Assembly (NCBI GenBank): GCA_023271515.1
Contig: JALPXQ010000002.1
Location: forward strand, 1-42,837
Reading direction: 5' to 3'
DNA: 42,837 bases
Source of the DNA: Dehalococcoidia bacterium
GTDB lineage: Bacteria > Chloroflexota > Dehalococcoidia > SZUA-161 > SpSt-899
The translations under genes and the position numbers were made by a program. This document shows, piece by piece, positions 18,064-28,478 of the stretch (positions are counted from its first letter, which is position 1; the number at the start of each line of letters is the position of its first letter). Under the pieces are notes generated by a model. That model made no database searches. It was not told the origin of the DNA and saw nothing but the letters and a program-made list of their open reading frames with translations.

Positions 18064-19456
18064 CCCATCTCTCCAGCGCAAGCTTATCCATTTCAAGCTG
18101 GACGGGCACCGGGTAGTCTCCGGTAAAACAAGCAAGACAGAAGTTCTCCCTGGGAAGGCCAACTGCCTCGATAAGTCCATCAAGGCTCAGATAGCCCAGG
18201 GAGTCGGCGCCGATCCACTGGCATATTTCAGGAATCGACCTGGTAGCGGCGATAAGCTCGCGGCGGGTCGCCATATCGATCCCGAAAATACAGGGATAGC
18301 GGATGGGCGGGGCACAGATTCTAAGATGGACTTCCCTAGCACCGGCTTTTCGGAGAAGGGCAACTATCCGGGGAGTGGTGGTGCCACGTACAATACTATC
18401 ATCGACCACTACCACGCGCTTTCCGGAGAGCACCTCAGGGATGGGATTGAACTTCAGCCTGACGCCGACGTCGCGCAGGCGCTGGTCGGGTTGGATAAAG
18501 GTGCGCCCCACATATCTACTCTTGAGCAGTCCTTCGCCAAAGGGAATACCTGATGCTTGAGAATACCCTACTGCGGCAGCGGTTGCTGAGTCAGGCACAC
18601 CGATGACCAGGTCGGCATCTACCGGGTGCTCTCGGGAGAGCCCCGCTCCCATTGCCAGCCTGGCCGGATAGAGACGGCGGCCACCAATGGTGCTATCGGG
18701 ACGTGCAAAGTAGATGTACTCGAAGATACAGAGTGCCCTTTCCGCCGAGGGATTGGCCGGGGGGAAACTGTGAAACCCCGATTCGTCAATCAGCACGATC
18801 TCGCCGGGCACGATTTCCCGAGAGACCTGTATGCCCAACTGATCCAGAGCACAACTCTCCGAGGCGATGACCCAGCTACCGTTAAGGGTCCCGAAGCAGA
18901 GGGGCCGAACCCCCAGGGGGTCCCGCACCCCGAGAAGCTGGTCTTTAGTCATGATCACCAGGCTATAGGCACCCTGAAGTCTGGCCATGGCAAACCGGAC
19001 GTTCTCAACCATGGTTTTCCCCGGTGCCGAGGCCAATAGATGAGCGATCACCTCGGAATCGGAGGAGGTGCGAAAAACGTAGCCCTGTCCTTCAAGCTCC
19101 GCCCTGAGGTATGCCGCATTAGTGAGGTTGCCATTGTGGCCCAGGGCTACCTCGCCCAGGGCGCTGGGCCCTACAATAGGCTGGGCGTTAATGACGCAAC
19201 TTGATCCTGTGGTGGAGTAACGATTGTGTCCGATGGCGATACTGCCAGCAAGTCGTTCCAGAGTCTCTTCATCGAATACCTGGGCTACCAATCCCATGTC
19301 GGCATGAAGGCGAATGGACTGGCCGTCGCCGCTGGCAATGCCGGCGCTCTCCTGGCCGCGGTGCTGGAGGGCATGGAGGGCAAAATAGGTAAGCCTTGCC
19401 ACATCCTCACCGGGAGCGTAAATCCCAAAAACGCCGCACGATTCATGCAGAGACAT
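18044..19456 (-). CDS. purF: Amidophosphoribosyltransferase
   Basis: ESCGVFG, LQHRGQE, GHNRYST, HNGN, CIFEYIYFARPDS and VDDSIVRGTT. Start taken at MSLHES. Confidence 0.96.
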   Translation of the reverse strand: MSLHESCGVFGIYAPGEDVARLTYFALHALQHRGQESAGIASGDGQSIRLHADMGLVAQVFDEETLERLAGSIAIGHNRYSTTGSSCVINAQPIVGPSALGEVALGHNGNLTNAAYLRAELEGQGYVFRTSSDSEVIAHLLASAPGKTMVENVRFAMARLQGAYSLVIMTKDQLLGVRDPLGVRPLCFGTLNGSWVIASESCALDQLGIQVSREIVPGEIVLIDESGFHSFPPANPSAERALCIFEYIYFARPDSTIGGRRLYPARLAMGAGLSREHPVDADLVIGVPDSATAAAVGYSQASGIPFGEGLLKSRYVGRTFIQPDQRLRDVGVRLKFNPIPEVLSGKRVVVVDDSIVRGTTTPRIVALLRKAGAREVHLRICAPPIRYPCIFGIDMATRRELIAATRSIPEICQWIGADSLGYLSLDGLIEAVGLPRENFCLACFTGDYPVPVQLEMDKLALERWDDRTEG

Positions 19457-19638
19457 GTTCGATCCGACGAAGCATTCTATATTATAGTCCGTCTGTTGCC
19501 GAGGGTCAACCGGGCATTCTTGACATGGAACCAGCCATCTGCTAAAGTAGGCTTGCGTTTCAGTTTGACTATCTTTCCCCCAGATAAGCATGGTTGGGCG
19601 GTTTAGAGTGAGTGATAGGGTAAATATGGTTTCATACG

Positions 19639-20994
19639 ATGGGAGTTAGCGAAATGAATGCTAGAGAGATGTTACAAGCAGCGGAGCGTCGGGGCAATTT
19701 CACTACAGCCTCCGGCCTGCCGGTCGAGCGGGTCTATACCCCGGATCAAATCACTGATCCCGATTATCAGGGTGACCTCGGTCTGCCGGGCGAATACCCC
19801 TATCTTTGTGGCATCCATCGCACCGGCTATCGGGGCCGGCTAATGCGCATGTTTGCTGGCTTCGGCACTGCCGAGGAGACCAACGCCCGCTACAAGTATC
19901 TCCTGGAGCATAGACAGACCGGCCTGAGCGTCGCCTTCGACTATGCCACGCTGGACGGTTATGATACCGATCATCCACTGGCCCGAGGTGAATTTGGAAA
20001 GTGTGGGGTGGCGATCTCATCATTGGCCGATATGGAGTTACTATTTGATGGCATTCCGCTGGATCAGGTAACCACCTCCATGACCATCAACGGCGCCGAA
20101 AAACGGGGCATCCCCATGGAGAAGCTCGGTGGAACGATACAAAATGACATCCTCAAGGAATACATGGCCCAGTTCTCATTCATCTTCCCCCCCATGCGCC
20201 TGGTGGTAGATACCATCGAGTCCAGATACCTTCCTTGCTGGAACACCATCAGCATAAGCGGCTATCACATACGAGAGGCCGGGTCCACCGCGGTCCAGGA
20301 GCTGGCATTCACCCTGGCTAATGGGCTTACCTATGTGCAGGCGACGATAGATCGGGGCCTGAAGGTGGATGATTTCGCTCCCAGACTTAGCTTCTTCTTC
20401 AATTCGCACAACGACTTTTTTGAGGAGATCGCCAAGTTCCGCGCCGCCCGGCGCATCTGGGCACGGGAGATGAAGGGACGTTTCGGAGCCCATGGATGAA
20501 GCCCTGGCGCTGCCCTCAGAGAAGGCGGTGCTCATCGCCCTGAGAACGCAGCAGATCATCGCCCACGAAAGTGGGGTGGCCAGTAGTGTCGATCCTCTCG
20601 GCGGCAGCTTCATGGTGGAGGCGCTGACCAACCAAATTGAGGAGAACGGGAAATTGCCGAGGCTGCCTCTCGCTATCAGAGGGAGATCGAAACCAGGGAC
20701 AGGATCATAGTTGGAATAAACGAATACGAACTCGATGAGCCCGTAGCCATCCCTATCCTGAAGATGGATGAGGAAGGTGAGCGGAGACAGATATCCAGAC
20801 TGAATCGTGTCAGGCGGGAGAGAAGCAACAAGGAGGTTCAGCGTGCCCGGACAGAGCTCAGGAGAGCAGCTCAGGGAACGGAAAACCTTATGCCCTACAT
20901 CCTGGATGCGGTAAGGGCCTATGCCACACTTGAGGAGATATGTGACACCCTGAGGGATGTCTTTGGGGAATACGAAGCATATTCTGCATTTTGA
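19639..20994 (+). pseudogene. Methylmalonyl-/isobutyryl-CoA mutase large subunit, internally deleted
   Basis: Recognisable blocks [71 protein letters not shown] and ENLMP..ATLEEI. They lie in three frames with many conserved segments missing. Confidence 0.9.
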
Positions 20995-21007
20995 GCAAGG
21001 AGGAAAG

Positions 21008-22099
21008 ATGATCACACTGAGCGTAATCAAGGCCGACATCGGAGGTTACGTCGGACACTCCAGTATGCACCCTGATCTCATTGCCAGGGCTCAGGAATAT
21101 ATGGAGAAGGCTAAAGGGCAGGGGCTGTTGGTTGACTTTCACGTAACCAGGTGCGGGGATGACCTTCAGCTCATCATGACTCATGAGCAGGGCGAGGGAA
21201 GTGAGCGCATTCACAAGCTGGCCTGGGATATCTTTTTGGCCTGCACCGATGTTGCCAAGAAGTTGAAGCTCCACGGAGCGGGACAGGACATGTTGAGCGA
21301 TGCCTTCTCCGGCAACATAAAAGGCATGGGACCAGGTGTGGCGGAGATGCAGTTCGAGGAACGCGGCTCCGAACCTGTTCTGGTGTTCATGGCCGATAAG
21401 ACCTCATCCGGGGCCTGGAATATGCCTCTCTATAAGATGTTTGCCGATCCCTTCAACACCATCGGGCTGGTCATCGCCGAGAACATGCACTCCGGCTTCT
21501 CCTTTGAGGTGCACGATGTGAAGGAGCACCGCAAGGTGGTCTTCAATGCCCCTGAGGAGATATACGACATGCTGGTGCTCATCGGAGCACCTTCGCGTTA
21601 TGCGGTAAAGTGCGTTCGCCATCGCCCATCAGGGGAGATCGCCGCCGTCTCATCCACCGACAAATTGTACAAGATGGCCGGCAGGTATGTGGGAAAGGAT
21701 GACCCGGTGCTCATCGTTCGCTCCCAGGGGGAATTCCCGGCTGTCGGCGAGGTGCTTGAACCATTTGCTATGCCTCAGATGGTACAGGGATGGATGCGAG
21801 GGTCGCACCACGGCCCGCTTATGCCGTGTTCTATCTCAGAATCAAACCCCACCAGATTCGATGGACCCCCTCGCGTGGTGTGTGCCGGATTCCAGCTGGT
21901 AGGGGGCAAACTCATCGGTCCCCGGGATATGTTCGACGACCCCAGCTTTGATGAGGCCTGGCACCAGGCTAACCTGGCCGCGGAATACCTGCGACGCCAC
22001 GGTCCGTTCGAGCCACATCGTTTGCCGCTGGAGGAGATGGAATACACCACCATGCCTCAGGTGATGAAGAAGCTCGAGGGGAGGTTCTCGCCTCTCTAA
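21008..22099 (+). CDS. fbp: Bifunctional fructose-1,6-bisphosphate aldolase/phosphatase (class V FBPase)
   Basis: SVIKADIGG..GH, CGDD, GAGQD, FMADKT, YVGKDDP, GWMRGSH.GP and GPFEPHRL..MEYT. RBS AGGAGG. Confidence 0.95.
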   Translation: MITLSVIKADIGGYVGHSSMHPDLIARAQEYMEKAKGQGLLVDFHVTRCGDDLQLIMTHEQGEGSERIHKLAWDIFLACTDVAKKLKLHGAGQDMLSDAFSGNIKGMGPGVAEMQFEERGSEPVLVFMADKTSSGAWNMPLYKMFADPFNTIGLVIAENMHSGFSFEVHDVKEHRKVVFNAPEEIYDMLVLIGAPSRYAVKCVRHRPSGEIAAVSSTDKLYKMAGRYVGKDDPVLIVRSQGEFPAVGEVLEPFAMPQMVQGWMRGSHHGPLMPCSISESNPTRFDGPPRVVCAGFQLVGGKLIGPRDMFDDPSFDEAWHQANLAAEYLRRHGPFEPHRLPLEEMEYTTMPQVMKKLEGRFSPL

Positions 22100-22699
22100 A
22101 TGCCAAAGCTTCTGCTTGCCACCAACAATCAGGGAAAGATCCGAGAGTTGGCCTTTCTGATCTCGAGCAAAGCCTGGGAGCTTACCACTCCGGCCCGGGA
22201 AGGTATAGACATCCATGTTCAGGAGACCGGCAAGACATTTGAGGAGAATGCCGCCATCAAGGCATTAGCCTATGCCAAAGCGGCTAACCTGGTTGCTATC
22301 GCCGATGATTCCGGATTGGAGGTTGAGGCGTTGAATGGAGAACCCGGGGTGCTCTCGGCTCGCTACGCCGGTGAAGGGGCCTCGGACAGGGAGAGGGTCG
22401 ATCATCTCCTGGCCAAGCTTGCCGGTGTGCCCTGGGAGAAGCGGTCAGCTCGTTTCAGGTGTGTCATTGCCATAGCTACGCCTGAGGGTGAGGTGGAGCT
22501 TTGCTCGGGCGAGTGCCGGGGATTTATTGCTCTTGAGAGCAGGGGCGAGAATGGCTTTGGATACGACCCTATTTTTTACCTGCCGGAATTCGGCAAGACA
22601 ATGGCCGAACTCAGCTTCGAAGAGAAGAACGGGGTGAGCCACCGGGGAAAGGCAGCAAGGGAAGCGCGGCTGGTACTGGAGCGCTTATCGAGAAAATGA
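22100..22699 (+). CDS. rdgB: Non-canonical purine NTP pyrophosphatase (RdgB/HAM1)
   Basis: ATNNQGK, ADDSGL, PGVLSARY, GFGYDPIF and K..VSHR. Confidence 0.95.
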   Translation: MPKLLLATNNQGKIRELAFLISSKAWELTTPAREGIDIHVQETGKTFEENAAIKALAYAKAANLVAIADDSGLEVEALNGEPGVLSARYAGEGASDRERVDHLLAKLAGVPWEKRSARFRCVIAIATPEGEVELCSGECRGFIALESRGENGFGYDPIFYLPEFGKTMAELSFEEKNGVSHRGKAAREARLVLERLSRK

Positions 22700-23667
22700 C
22701 GGGACTCTCCGATAATCATCCCATAAACTACCTGCGCATATCGGTTACCGACCGATGCAATCTGCGCTGTGCCTATTGTATGCCGCTTGAGGGAGTTGCC
22801 CCACTGCCGCATGATGAGATCCTTAGCTACGAAGAGATATCCCTCGTGGCCAGGGCAGCCTCCGAGCTGGGCATCAGCAAGGTGCGGCTTACCGGGGGTG
22901 AGCCGCTGGTGCGGGCGCATTTGAGCAGTCTCATCGGAATGTTAGCTCGGATCGAGGGAATCGACGACCTCTCTCTCACAACAAATGGTGTGCTCTTAAG
23001 TCGCTATGCCCGGGAACTCAAGGCGGCGGGTCTGAAGCGAGTGAATATAAGCCTCGATTCCCTCCAACCGGATAGGTTCAAGCAGATAACTAGAATTGGC
23101 AAACTTGAGGATACGCTCCTGGGGATAGAGGCAGCCCGGGCAGCAGGACTTCACCCGATAAAGATTAACATGGTGGTAATGCGCGGAGTAAACGATGATG
23201 AAATAGCCGATTTCGCTCACCTGACCAGGGAAAATGGATGGCATGTGCGATTTATCGAGTTCATGCCTATCGGGGGACAGAAGCAAGAGGGAAAGTTTGT
23301 GCCTATTTCGGAGATCATGGAGCGCATCGAGCCCCTGGGAGTTCTTAAACCACACTCACTCGATGGGAACGGGCCGGCAAGATATTTTCACTTGCCCCAT
23401 GCGAAGGGTACCATCGGATTTATAAGTCCGGTCAGCGAGCACTTTTGCTTCAAGTGCAACCGTCTGCGGCTCACTGCGGAGGGGAAGCTTCGCCCCTGCC
23501 TTCTTTCTGATGAAGAAATGGATCTCCGCGAGCCACTTCGTCGCGGGGCCTCGGCTGATGAACTGAAACGCTTGATTAAGCAGGCTACCGAAGCCAAGCC
23601 AGAAGGTCACAAACTTGACAGCGGCACCACGGCAAGGAGCAGGTCTATGTGCCAGATCGGGGGCTAA
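22696..23667 (+). CDS. moaA: GTP 3',8-cyclase
   Basis: [36 protein letters not shown] and C-terminal IGG. Confidence 0.96.
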   Translation: MTGLSDNHPINYLRISVTDRCNLRCAYCMPLEGVAPLPHDEILSYEEISLVARAASELGISKVRLTGGEPLVRAHLSSLIGMLARIEGIDDLSLTTNGVLLSRYARELKAAGLKRVNISLDSLQPDRFKQITRIGKLEDTLLGIEAARAAGLHPIKINMVVMRGVNDDEIADFAHLTRENGWHVRFIEFMPIGGQKQEGKFVPISEIMERIEPLGVLKPHSLDGNGPARYFHLPHAKGTIGFISPVSEHFCFKCNRLRLTAEGKLRPCLLSDEEMDLREPLRRGASADELKRLIKQATEAKPEGHKLDSGTTARSRSMCQIGG

Positions 23668-23671
23668 AGCA

Positions 23672-24538
23672 ATGATCAATATCTATACCGATGGTTCATG
23701 CTCGGGCAATCCCGGTCGTGGGGGCTGGGCAGCGATAGTGGTGCAGGATGGCCGGCAGGTGGAGCTCAAGGGGAGTGTGGAGAGGACGACTTCCAATCGA
23801 ATGGAGCTCACTGCGGCAATTGAAGGACTAACCCACGTCCCCGAGGGTTCTGAGGTCAGCATTCATAGCGACAGCGAATACCTGGTCAACACGATGACTC
23901 GCAACTGGAAACGCCGTGCCAACCTCGACCTCTGGCAAAGGCTCGATGAACTAAAGGCGACCCGTAAGGTGAAGTGGATTTGGGTCGAGGGACACTCCAG
24001 CCATCCCGGGAATGAAAGGGCCAACAGACTGGCAATGGAGATGTCTGCTTACAAGAATCCTCGCAAGAGGCCGACCCATTTCAATTCCTCCGGTCAAGTC
24101 CATATGGTGGATATCTCCGACAAACAGATCACCCAGCGGGCGGCCGTAGCTAAAGGCGTGGTGAAAATGAATCCTTCCACTCTGGAGTTGATCGAGCAGG
24201 GGCAAGCGGCCAAGGGCGATGTGCTCGCTGTGGCGCAGATGGCGGGTATCATGGCGGCCAAGAAAACATCGGAATTGATACCATTATGTCATCCATTGCG
24301 CCTCGGAAGCGTGGCGGTGGAATTCCAGCTGGATAGGGAAGGAAGCATGGTAGAGATTACTGCTACAGTCAGGGCAGCAGAAAGGACCGGCGTGGAAATG
24401 GAGGCGCTCACCGCGGTAGCGGGGAGCGCCCTGACCATCTACGATATGTGCAAGGCGGTAGATCGAGGGATGATGATCGAAGGAATCCGGCTTGTTAGAA
24501 AGAGTGGAGGCAAGAGTGGGACAATCACCCTTGAGTGA
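23672..24538 (+). CDS. moaC: Ribonuclease HI - cyclic pyranopterin monophosphate synthase MoaC fusion
   Basis: N-terminal [33 protein letters not shown] and WVEGH..HPGNERA. C-terminal THF...[32 protein letters not shown] and KSGGKSG. One uninterrupted frame. Confidence 0.92.
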   Translation: MINIYTDGSCSGNPGRGGWAAIVVQDGRQVELKGSVERTTSNRMELTAAIEGLTHVPEGSEVSIHSDSEYLVNTMTRNWKRRANLDLWQRLDELKATRKVKWIWVEGHSSHPGNERANRLAMEMSAYKNPRKRPTHFNSSGQVHMVDISDKQITQRAAVAKGVVKMNPSTLELIEQGQAAKGDVLAVAQMAGIMAAKKTSELIPLCHPLRLGSVAVEFQLDREGSMVEITATVRAAERTGVEMEALTAVAGSALTIYDMCKAVDRGMMIEGIRLVRKSGGKSGTITLE

Positions 24539-24542
24539 GGGG

Positions 24543-25385
24543 ATGAAGGTCGCTTTGACGATCCCGGCAATGAAAGAGATCAGAGGAGAGCTGCCGGAGC
24601 CGGTGGGCTTCGTCCCCACCATGGGCTATCTTCACGAAGGGCATCTGTCCCTGGTTCGTCGGGCGCGGGGGGAAAATAGAAGTGTGGCCGTCAGCATATT
24701 CGTCAATCCTACCCAGTTCGGCCCACAGGAGGATTTCGAGACCTATCCACGTGATACCGAGCGAGACCTGACTTTGCTGCGCGGAGAAGGAACCGATGTT
24801 GTCTTCCTGCCGGAGGCAGAAGAGATGTACCCCGCGGATTTCAATTCATGGATTGTAGTCGAAGGGATGACCGAGATGCTGGAGGGTGCTTCACGCCCCG
24901 GCCACTTCCGGGGAGTCGCTACCATAGTAGCCAAGCTCCTCAATATCGTTCAGCCCAACAGGGCCTACTTCGGACAGAAGGATGCCCAGCAAGCCCTGGT
25001 CATCAAGAAGATGGTGGCCGATCTCAATATGAATCCGCAGATCATAGTCGCTCCTACAGTCCGCGAGCCTGACGGACTGGCGATGAGCAGTCGCAATATC
25101 TATCTCAACCCCGAGGAACGTCAGGCTGCCCTGGTGCTGTGGAAATCCCTTAGCCTGGCACAGCAGCTTCGGTCCGGTGGTGAGAAAAGTGCAGATCGCA
25201 TTCGCCGGCAGATGATTGCCCTTATCGAGGGTGAGCCCAGAGCGCTGATTGATTATGTCAGCATTGCTGACCCCGGGTCCTTGCGGGAACTTGATGAAAT
25301 AGATTCCCCTGCCCTGGTATCCCTGGCGGTTTGGATCGGGAAGACCCGGCTCATCGACAACGTGATCCTGGGGGGTGCGGCTTGA
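24543..25385 (+). CDS. panC: Pantoate-beta-alanine ligase
   Basis: VPTMGYLHEGH, SIFVNPTQF, RPGHFRGV, FGQKDAQQ, GLAMSSRN and RLIDN. Confidence 0.96.
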   Translation: MKVALTIPAMKEIRGELPEPVGFVPTMGYLHEGHLSLVRRARGENRSVAVSIFVNPTQFGPQEDFETYPRDTERDLTLLRGEGTDVVFLPEAEEMYPADFNSWIVVEGMTEMLEGASRPGHFRGVATIVAKLLNIVQPNRAYFGQKDAQQALVIKKMVADLNMNPQIIVAPTVREPDGLAMSSRNIYLNPEERQAALVLWKSLSLAQQLRSGGEKSADRIRRQMIALIEGEPRALIDYVSIADPGSLRELDEIDSPALVSLAVWIGKTRLIDNVILGGAA

Positions 25386-26206
25386 AAATCCTGGTATCCA
25401 ACGACGATGGTATCTATGCCAGGGGACTCTGGGCTCTGGTAAGGGCACTCAAAGGGGTGGGCGAAGTCATAGTGGTGGCTCCTGACCGCCAGCAGAGTGC
25501 GGTGGGAACCTCGGTTACCCTTCATTACCCACTGAGGGTCAAGAAGGCGAAATCCCCATTAAGCGGGGTAGAGGCCTATTCGGTCGAAGGAACACCGGCC
25601 GATAGCGTGATCCTGGGCTTGCAGATGCTGGCAAAGGACGATGTTGACCTGGTCATCTCCGGAATTAACGAAGGGCTGAATTTAGGCAACGATGTTTTCA
25701 TCTCCGGGACGGTCGGTGCTGCTCTTCAGGGATACTTCTACGATATTCCTGCCATTGCCATCTCCGCTGCCCTGGTAGAGAATAAGGTGCGGTTCGATAC
25801 CGCTGCCAGGATAGGAGCATTGCTGGCAAAGAAGGTTGAGCAGAAGGATTTGCTCCCCGGAATCCTCCTCAACGTAAACCTGCCCCACTTGCCCCTCAGG
25901 AAGATTCAGGGAATTGAGGCAACGAGGCTCGGCCGCAGAAGCTACCGGGATGACATCAAGAAGGGGAACGACGGCAGAAGGGACTATTATTGGATCGTGC
26001 GCAGCGAACCTGAACGGGGTGAGGAGAAGGGAACCGATATATGGGCCGTACGGCACGACAAGATCTCGATCACCATGCTTCGAGGCAACCTGGCCAATTC
26101 GAGCCGGATGAGTCACCTGGAAAGCTTGTGTTCCTCACTCTTTGCGGAACTTGGCTACGCAGGTTCAAAGTTCCGGGGTTCACGGTTCACAGTTCGCAGT
26201 CACTAG
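25382..26206 (+). CDS. surE: 5'/3'-nucleotidase SurE
   Basis: ILVSNDDG, VAPDRQQS, GTPADSV and SGINEG.N.G....SGTVGAA. TTG start overlaps the panC stop. The last codons lie in the heptamer repeat. Confidence 0.93.
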   Translation: MKILVSNDDGIYARGLWALVRALKGVGEVIVVAPDRQQSAVGTSVTLHYPLRVKKAKSPLSGVEAYSVEGTPADSVILGLQMLAKDDVDLVISGINEGLNLGNDVFISGTVGAALQGYFYDIPAIAISAALVENKVRFDTAARIGALLAKKVEQKDLLPGILLNVNLPHLPLRKIQGIEATRLGRRSYRDDIKKGNDGRRDYYWIVRSEPERGEEKGTDIWAVRHDKISITMLRGNLANSSRMSHLESLCSSLFAELGYAGSKFRGSRFTVRSH

Positions 26207-26260
26207 TCACTAGTCACCAGTCACTAGTCACCTTTCACTCAGCCCTCAGCCTTCAGCCTT
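26162..26260. repeat. Composite heptamer tandem repeats
   Basis: GGTTCAA/GGTTCAC/AGTTCGC units, then about five AGTCACT-like units at 26197-26231, then TCAGCC(C/T) x3. Confidence 0.85.
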
Positions 26261-26307
26261 AATTGCTTGACTCGACGATACGTCTTTTGCTAACATTAAA
26301 GAGCCTG

Positions 26308-26380
26308 GGGGATATAGCTCAATTGGGAGAGCGCGGCGTTCGCATCGCCGAGGTTGGGGGTTCGAGTCCCCCTATCTCCA
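26308..26380 (+). tRNA. tRNA-Ala(CGC)
   Basis: Acceptor GGGGATA/TATCTCC with G3:U70; anticodon arm CGGCG-TT-CGC-AT-CGCCG; TTCGA T-loop. CCA not encoded. Confidence 0.96.
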
Positions 26381-26599
26381 GACCCGGCACCCACGATAAA
26401 CACTAGGGGTGGGGTGAGAGGAGGTCCCATCGAAGGCGATCTCAGCAGGATGATTTTTGTAAACAGAACGGAATCTCCAAGGTCTCCGGGAATCACTGCT
26501 ACGAAATGCTCCTCGGGAGCGAACGATCGGTAGTCCCACCCCTCCACTGACTGCTGGCTGATTGCTGAAATCTGAGGACTGAGAGTTTACGAGGTCTGG

Positions 26600-27401
26600 T
26601 TGAACGTCTTACCTGACGACCTCTGGCTGGAGGTGAACCGGGGACAAACCGTCTGGGAGGCGCTGCAAAATGAGGACGTGGAGCTCGAGGGGGACTGCGG
26701 CGGACTGGGAAAATGTGGCAAGTGCAAAGTGAGAATCCTCTCGTCCACAGGTCCTCCGTCACAAGAATCAGTGGAACTCCTCGATGAGGACGAACTCAAA
26801 GGGGGCATTCACCTTGCTTGCCGTACCGAGGTCAACGAGGATACGGTGGTCTACTTCGGAGAATCCGATCCCGGTCGGGAATATGTCCAGATTCTGAAGA
26901 CCGGCCATCGGCCGCTTTTTCATTTGAATCCCCTGGTAGATCAGCGGCCTGTCACATTGCTTTCCAGCCATCGGGATGAGGGGTTTTCCGATCTCGACCG
27001 GATCAAACTAGCCAGGGGTCCGGATTATGAACACATGAAGGCCTCGCTACACTGTCTTCGCACGTTACCTCAAATGTTGCAGGAAACCCAGTCAAGGGAT
27101 ATGAACCTCATCATCAAGCAGCTTCTGCAAGTAGGTGGGCTGGATCCAAATGACATCTTCGTGGCGGTTGCCGCGGGGCACACCACCATGCAGCACCTTT
27201 TTCTGAGATTGAATCCGCTGGGGATCGCCGAAGCGCCCTTCGCTCCCGTTTTGACCGATGGACTGACTGTAAAAGCGACGGATGTGGACCTGCGATTACA
27301 TCCGGAGGCCCTGCTTTATATGATACCGGTGAAATCCGGCTATATCGGTGGTGACCTGATCAGCGTCATGCTGGCTTCCGGGGTAGCTGAACAGGGGAAC
27401 C
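26600..27401 (+). pseudogene. RACo/ASKHA-domain corrinoid reductive activator (DUF4445-like) remnant
   Basis: 2Fe-2S motif CGGLGKCGKC...LAC; AGHTTMQHLFL..P..I..APF.P; SGYIGGD. Middle segments are missing and the gene is truncated where it meets the selD 3' end. Confidence 0.82.
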
Positions 27402-28448
27402 TTATTCCACGACGCTTATCTTTCCCTTTGGTTCCGCTACTATTTCTCCAATGATGGCTGCCTCTCTGTGGTCGGTATAGTGCAGCTTCTCAAGCAACAC
27501 TTTCGCCTTCTCCGGGGAAGTGGAGATCAGCAGCCCTCCCGAGGTCTGAGGATCGAAGAGAATGTCCGGTGCCCACTGAGGGACACCAGCGGCAAATTCC
27601 ACCATGGCAGCGCGAAAGGCCTTATTGCGAAATGCCCCACCGGGCACAACTCCCATTCGGGCGAATTCGATGGACCCGGCAAAGATGGGAACCGCGGAGT
27701 AAGAGATCTCTATTCCAATGGAGTTGTTCTGAACCATCTCGCAGGCGTGGCCCAAAAGTCCGAAGCCGGTTACGTCGGTGCAGGCGTGGACCCCCACCTC
27801 CTGCATCAACTGGGAGGCTCGTCTATTTAAAGCAGCCATCTGCTCGGTAACCATGCCTATGGCCTTCTCATCGGCCATGCCTGCCTTAATTGCCGTATTG
27901 ATAATACCCGTGCCCAGTGGCTTGGTAAGTATCAGGCTATCGCCGGGCACTGCCCCCGAATTGAGCACGATCTTGCACGGATGGATTACCCCGGTAACGG
28001 AGAGGCCGTACTTGAGTTCGGGGTCGTCCACGCTATGCCCTCCCACCAGGGTCACCTCCGCCTCGTGGAGCTTATCCATCCCTCCACGCAGAATGTCCCT
28101 CAAAATGGCTAGGTCCATCGATCTGCTGGGGAAACAGACGAGGTTCATTGCCGTGACTGGCTTGCCGCCCATGGCGTACACATCGCCCAGGGCATTGGCG
28201 GCAGCGATGCGGCCGAAGTCGTAGGGATTATCGACGACGGGCGTGAAGAAATCGACGGTCTGGATGATGGCCAGATCGTCGGTTAGCCGGTAGACGCCGG
28301 CATCATCAAGGCTATCGAATCCCACAATCAAGTTGGGATCGTGGGGGATTTCCAGGCCACGCAACGCCTTGTCCAGGTCCCCTGGACTGAGCTTGGCGGC
28401 TCAGCCGGCGCCGCTGACGGATTCGGTTAGACGAAGGACTTTATCCAT
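27402..28448 (-). CDS. selD: Selenide, water dikinase with selenocysteine (UGA at codon 16)
   Basis: ATG28448 frame reads MDKVLRLTESVSGAG-UGA-AAKLSPGDL and continues in frame into DDAGVY, QTVDFFTP, DVYAMGG, GGHS, LTKPLGTG, TDVTGFGLLGH and DPQTSGGLL. Confidence 0.93.
28371..28403 (-). promoter_or_regulatory. Putative bacterial SECIS hairpin
   Basis: GUCCAG-GGGAC-CUGGAC hairpin begins 13 nt after the in-frame UGA. Confidence 0.65.
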
Positions 28449-28478
28449 TTTTCTCTCCAAAAGGTCGATAAGCGCCTA

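Noticed and set aside
23540-23671. Moco riboswitch near moaA/moaC
   Set aside because: The genes are translationally coupled, with no intergenic room for a leader RNA.
26162-26260. CRISPR array or coding repeat
   Set aside because: Units are 7 bp with no unique spacers, and no cas genes are in the window.
26381-27401. Integrative element at tRNA-Ala
   Set aside because: No integrase or att duplication was seen. The short minus ORF 26296-26547 overlaps the tRNA and could not be assigned.
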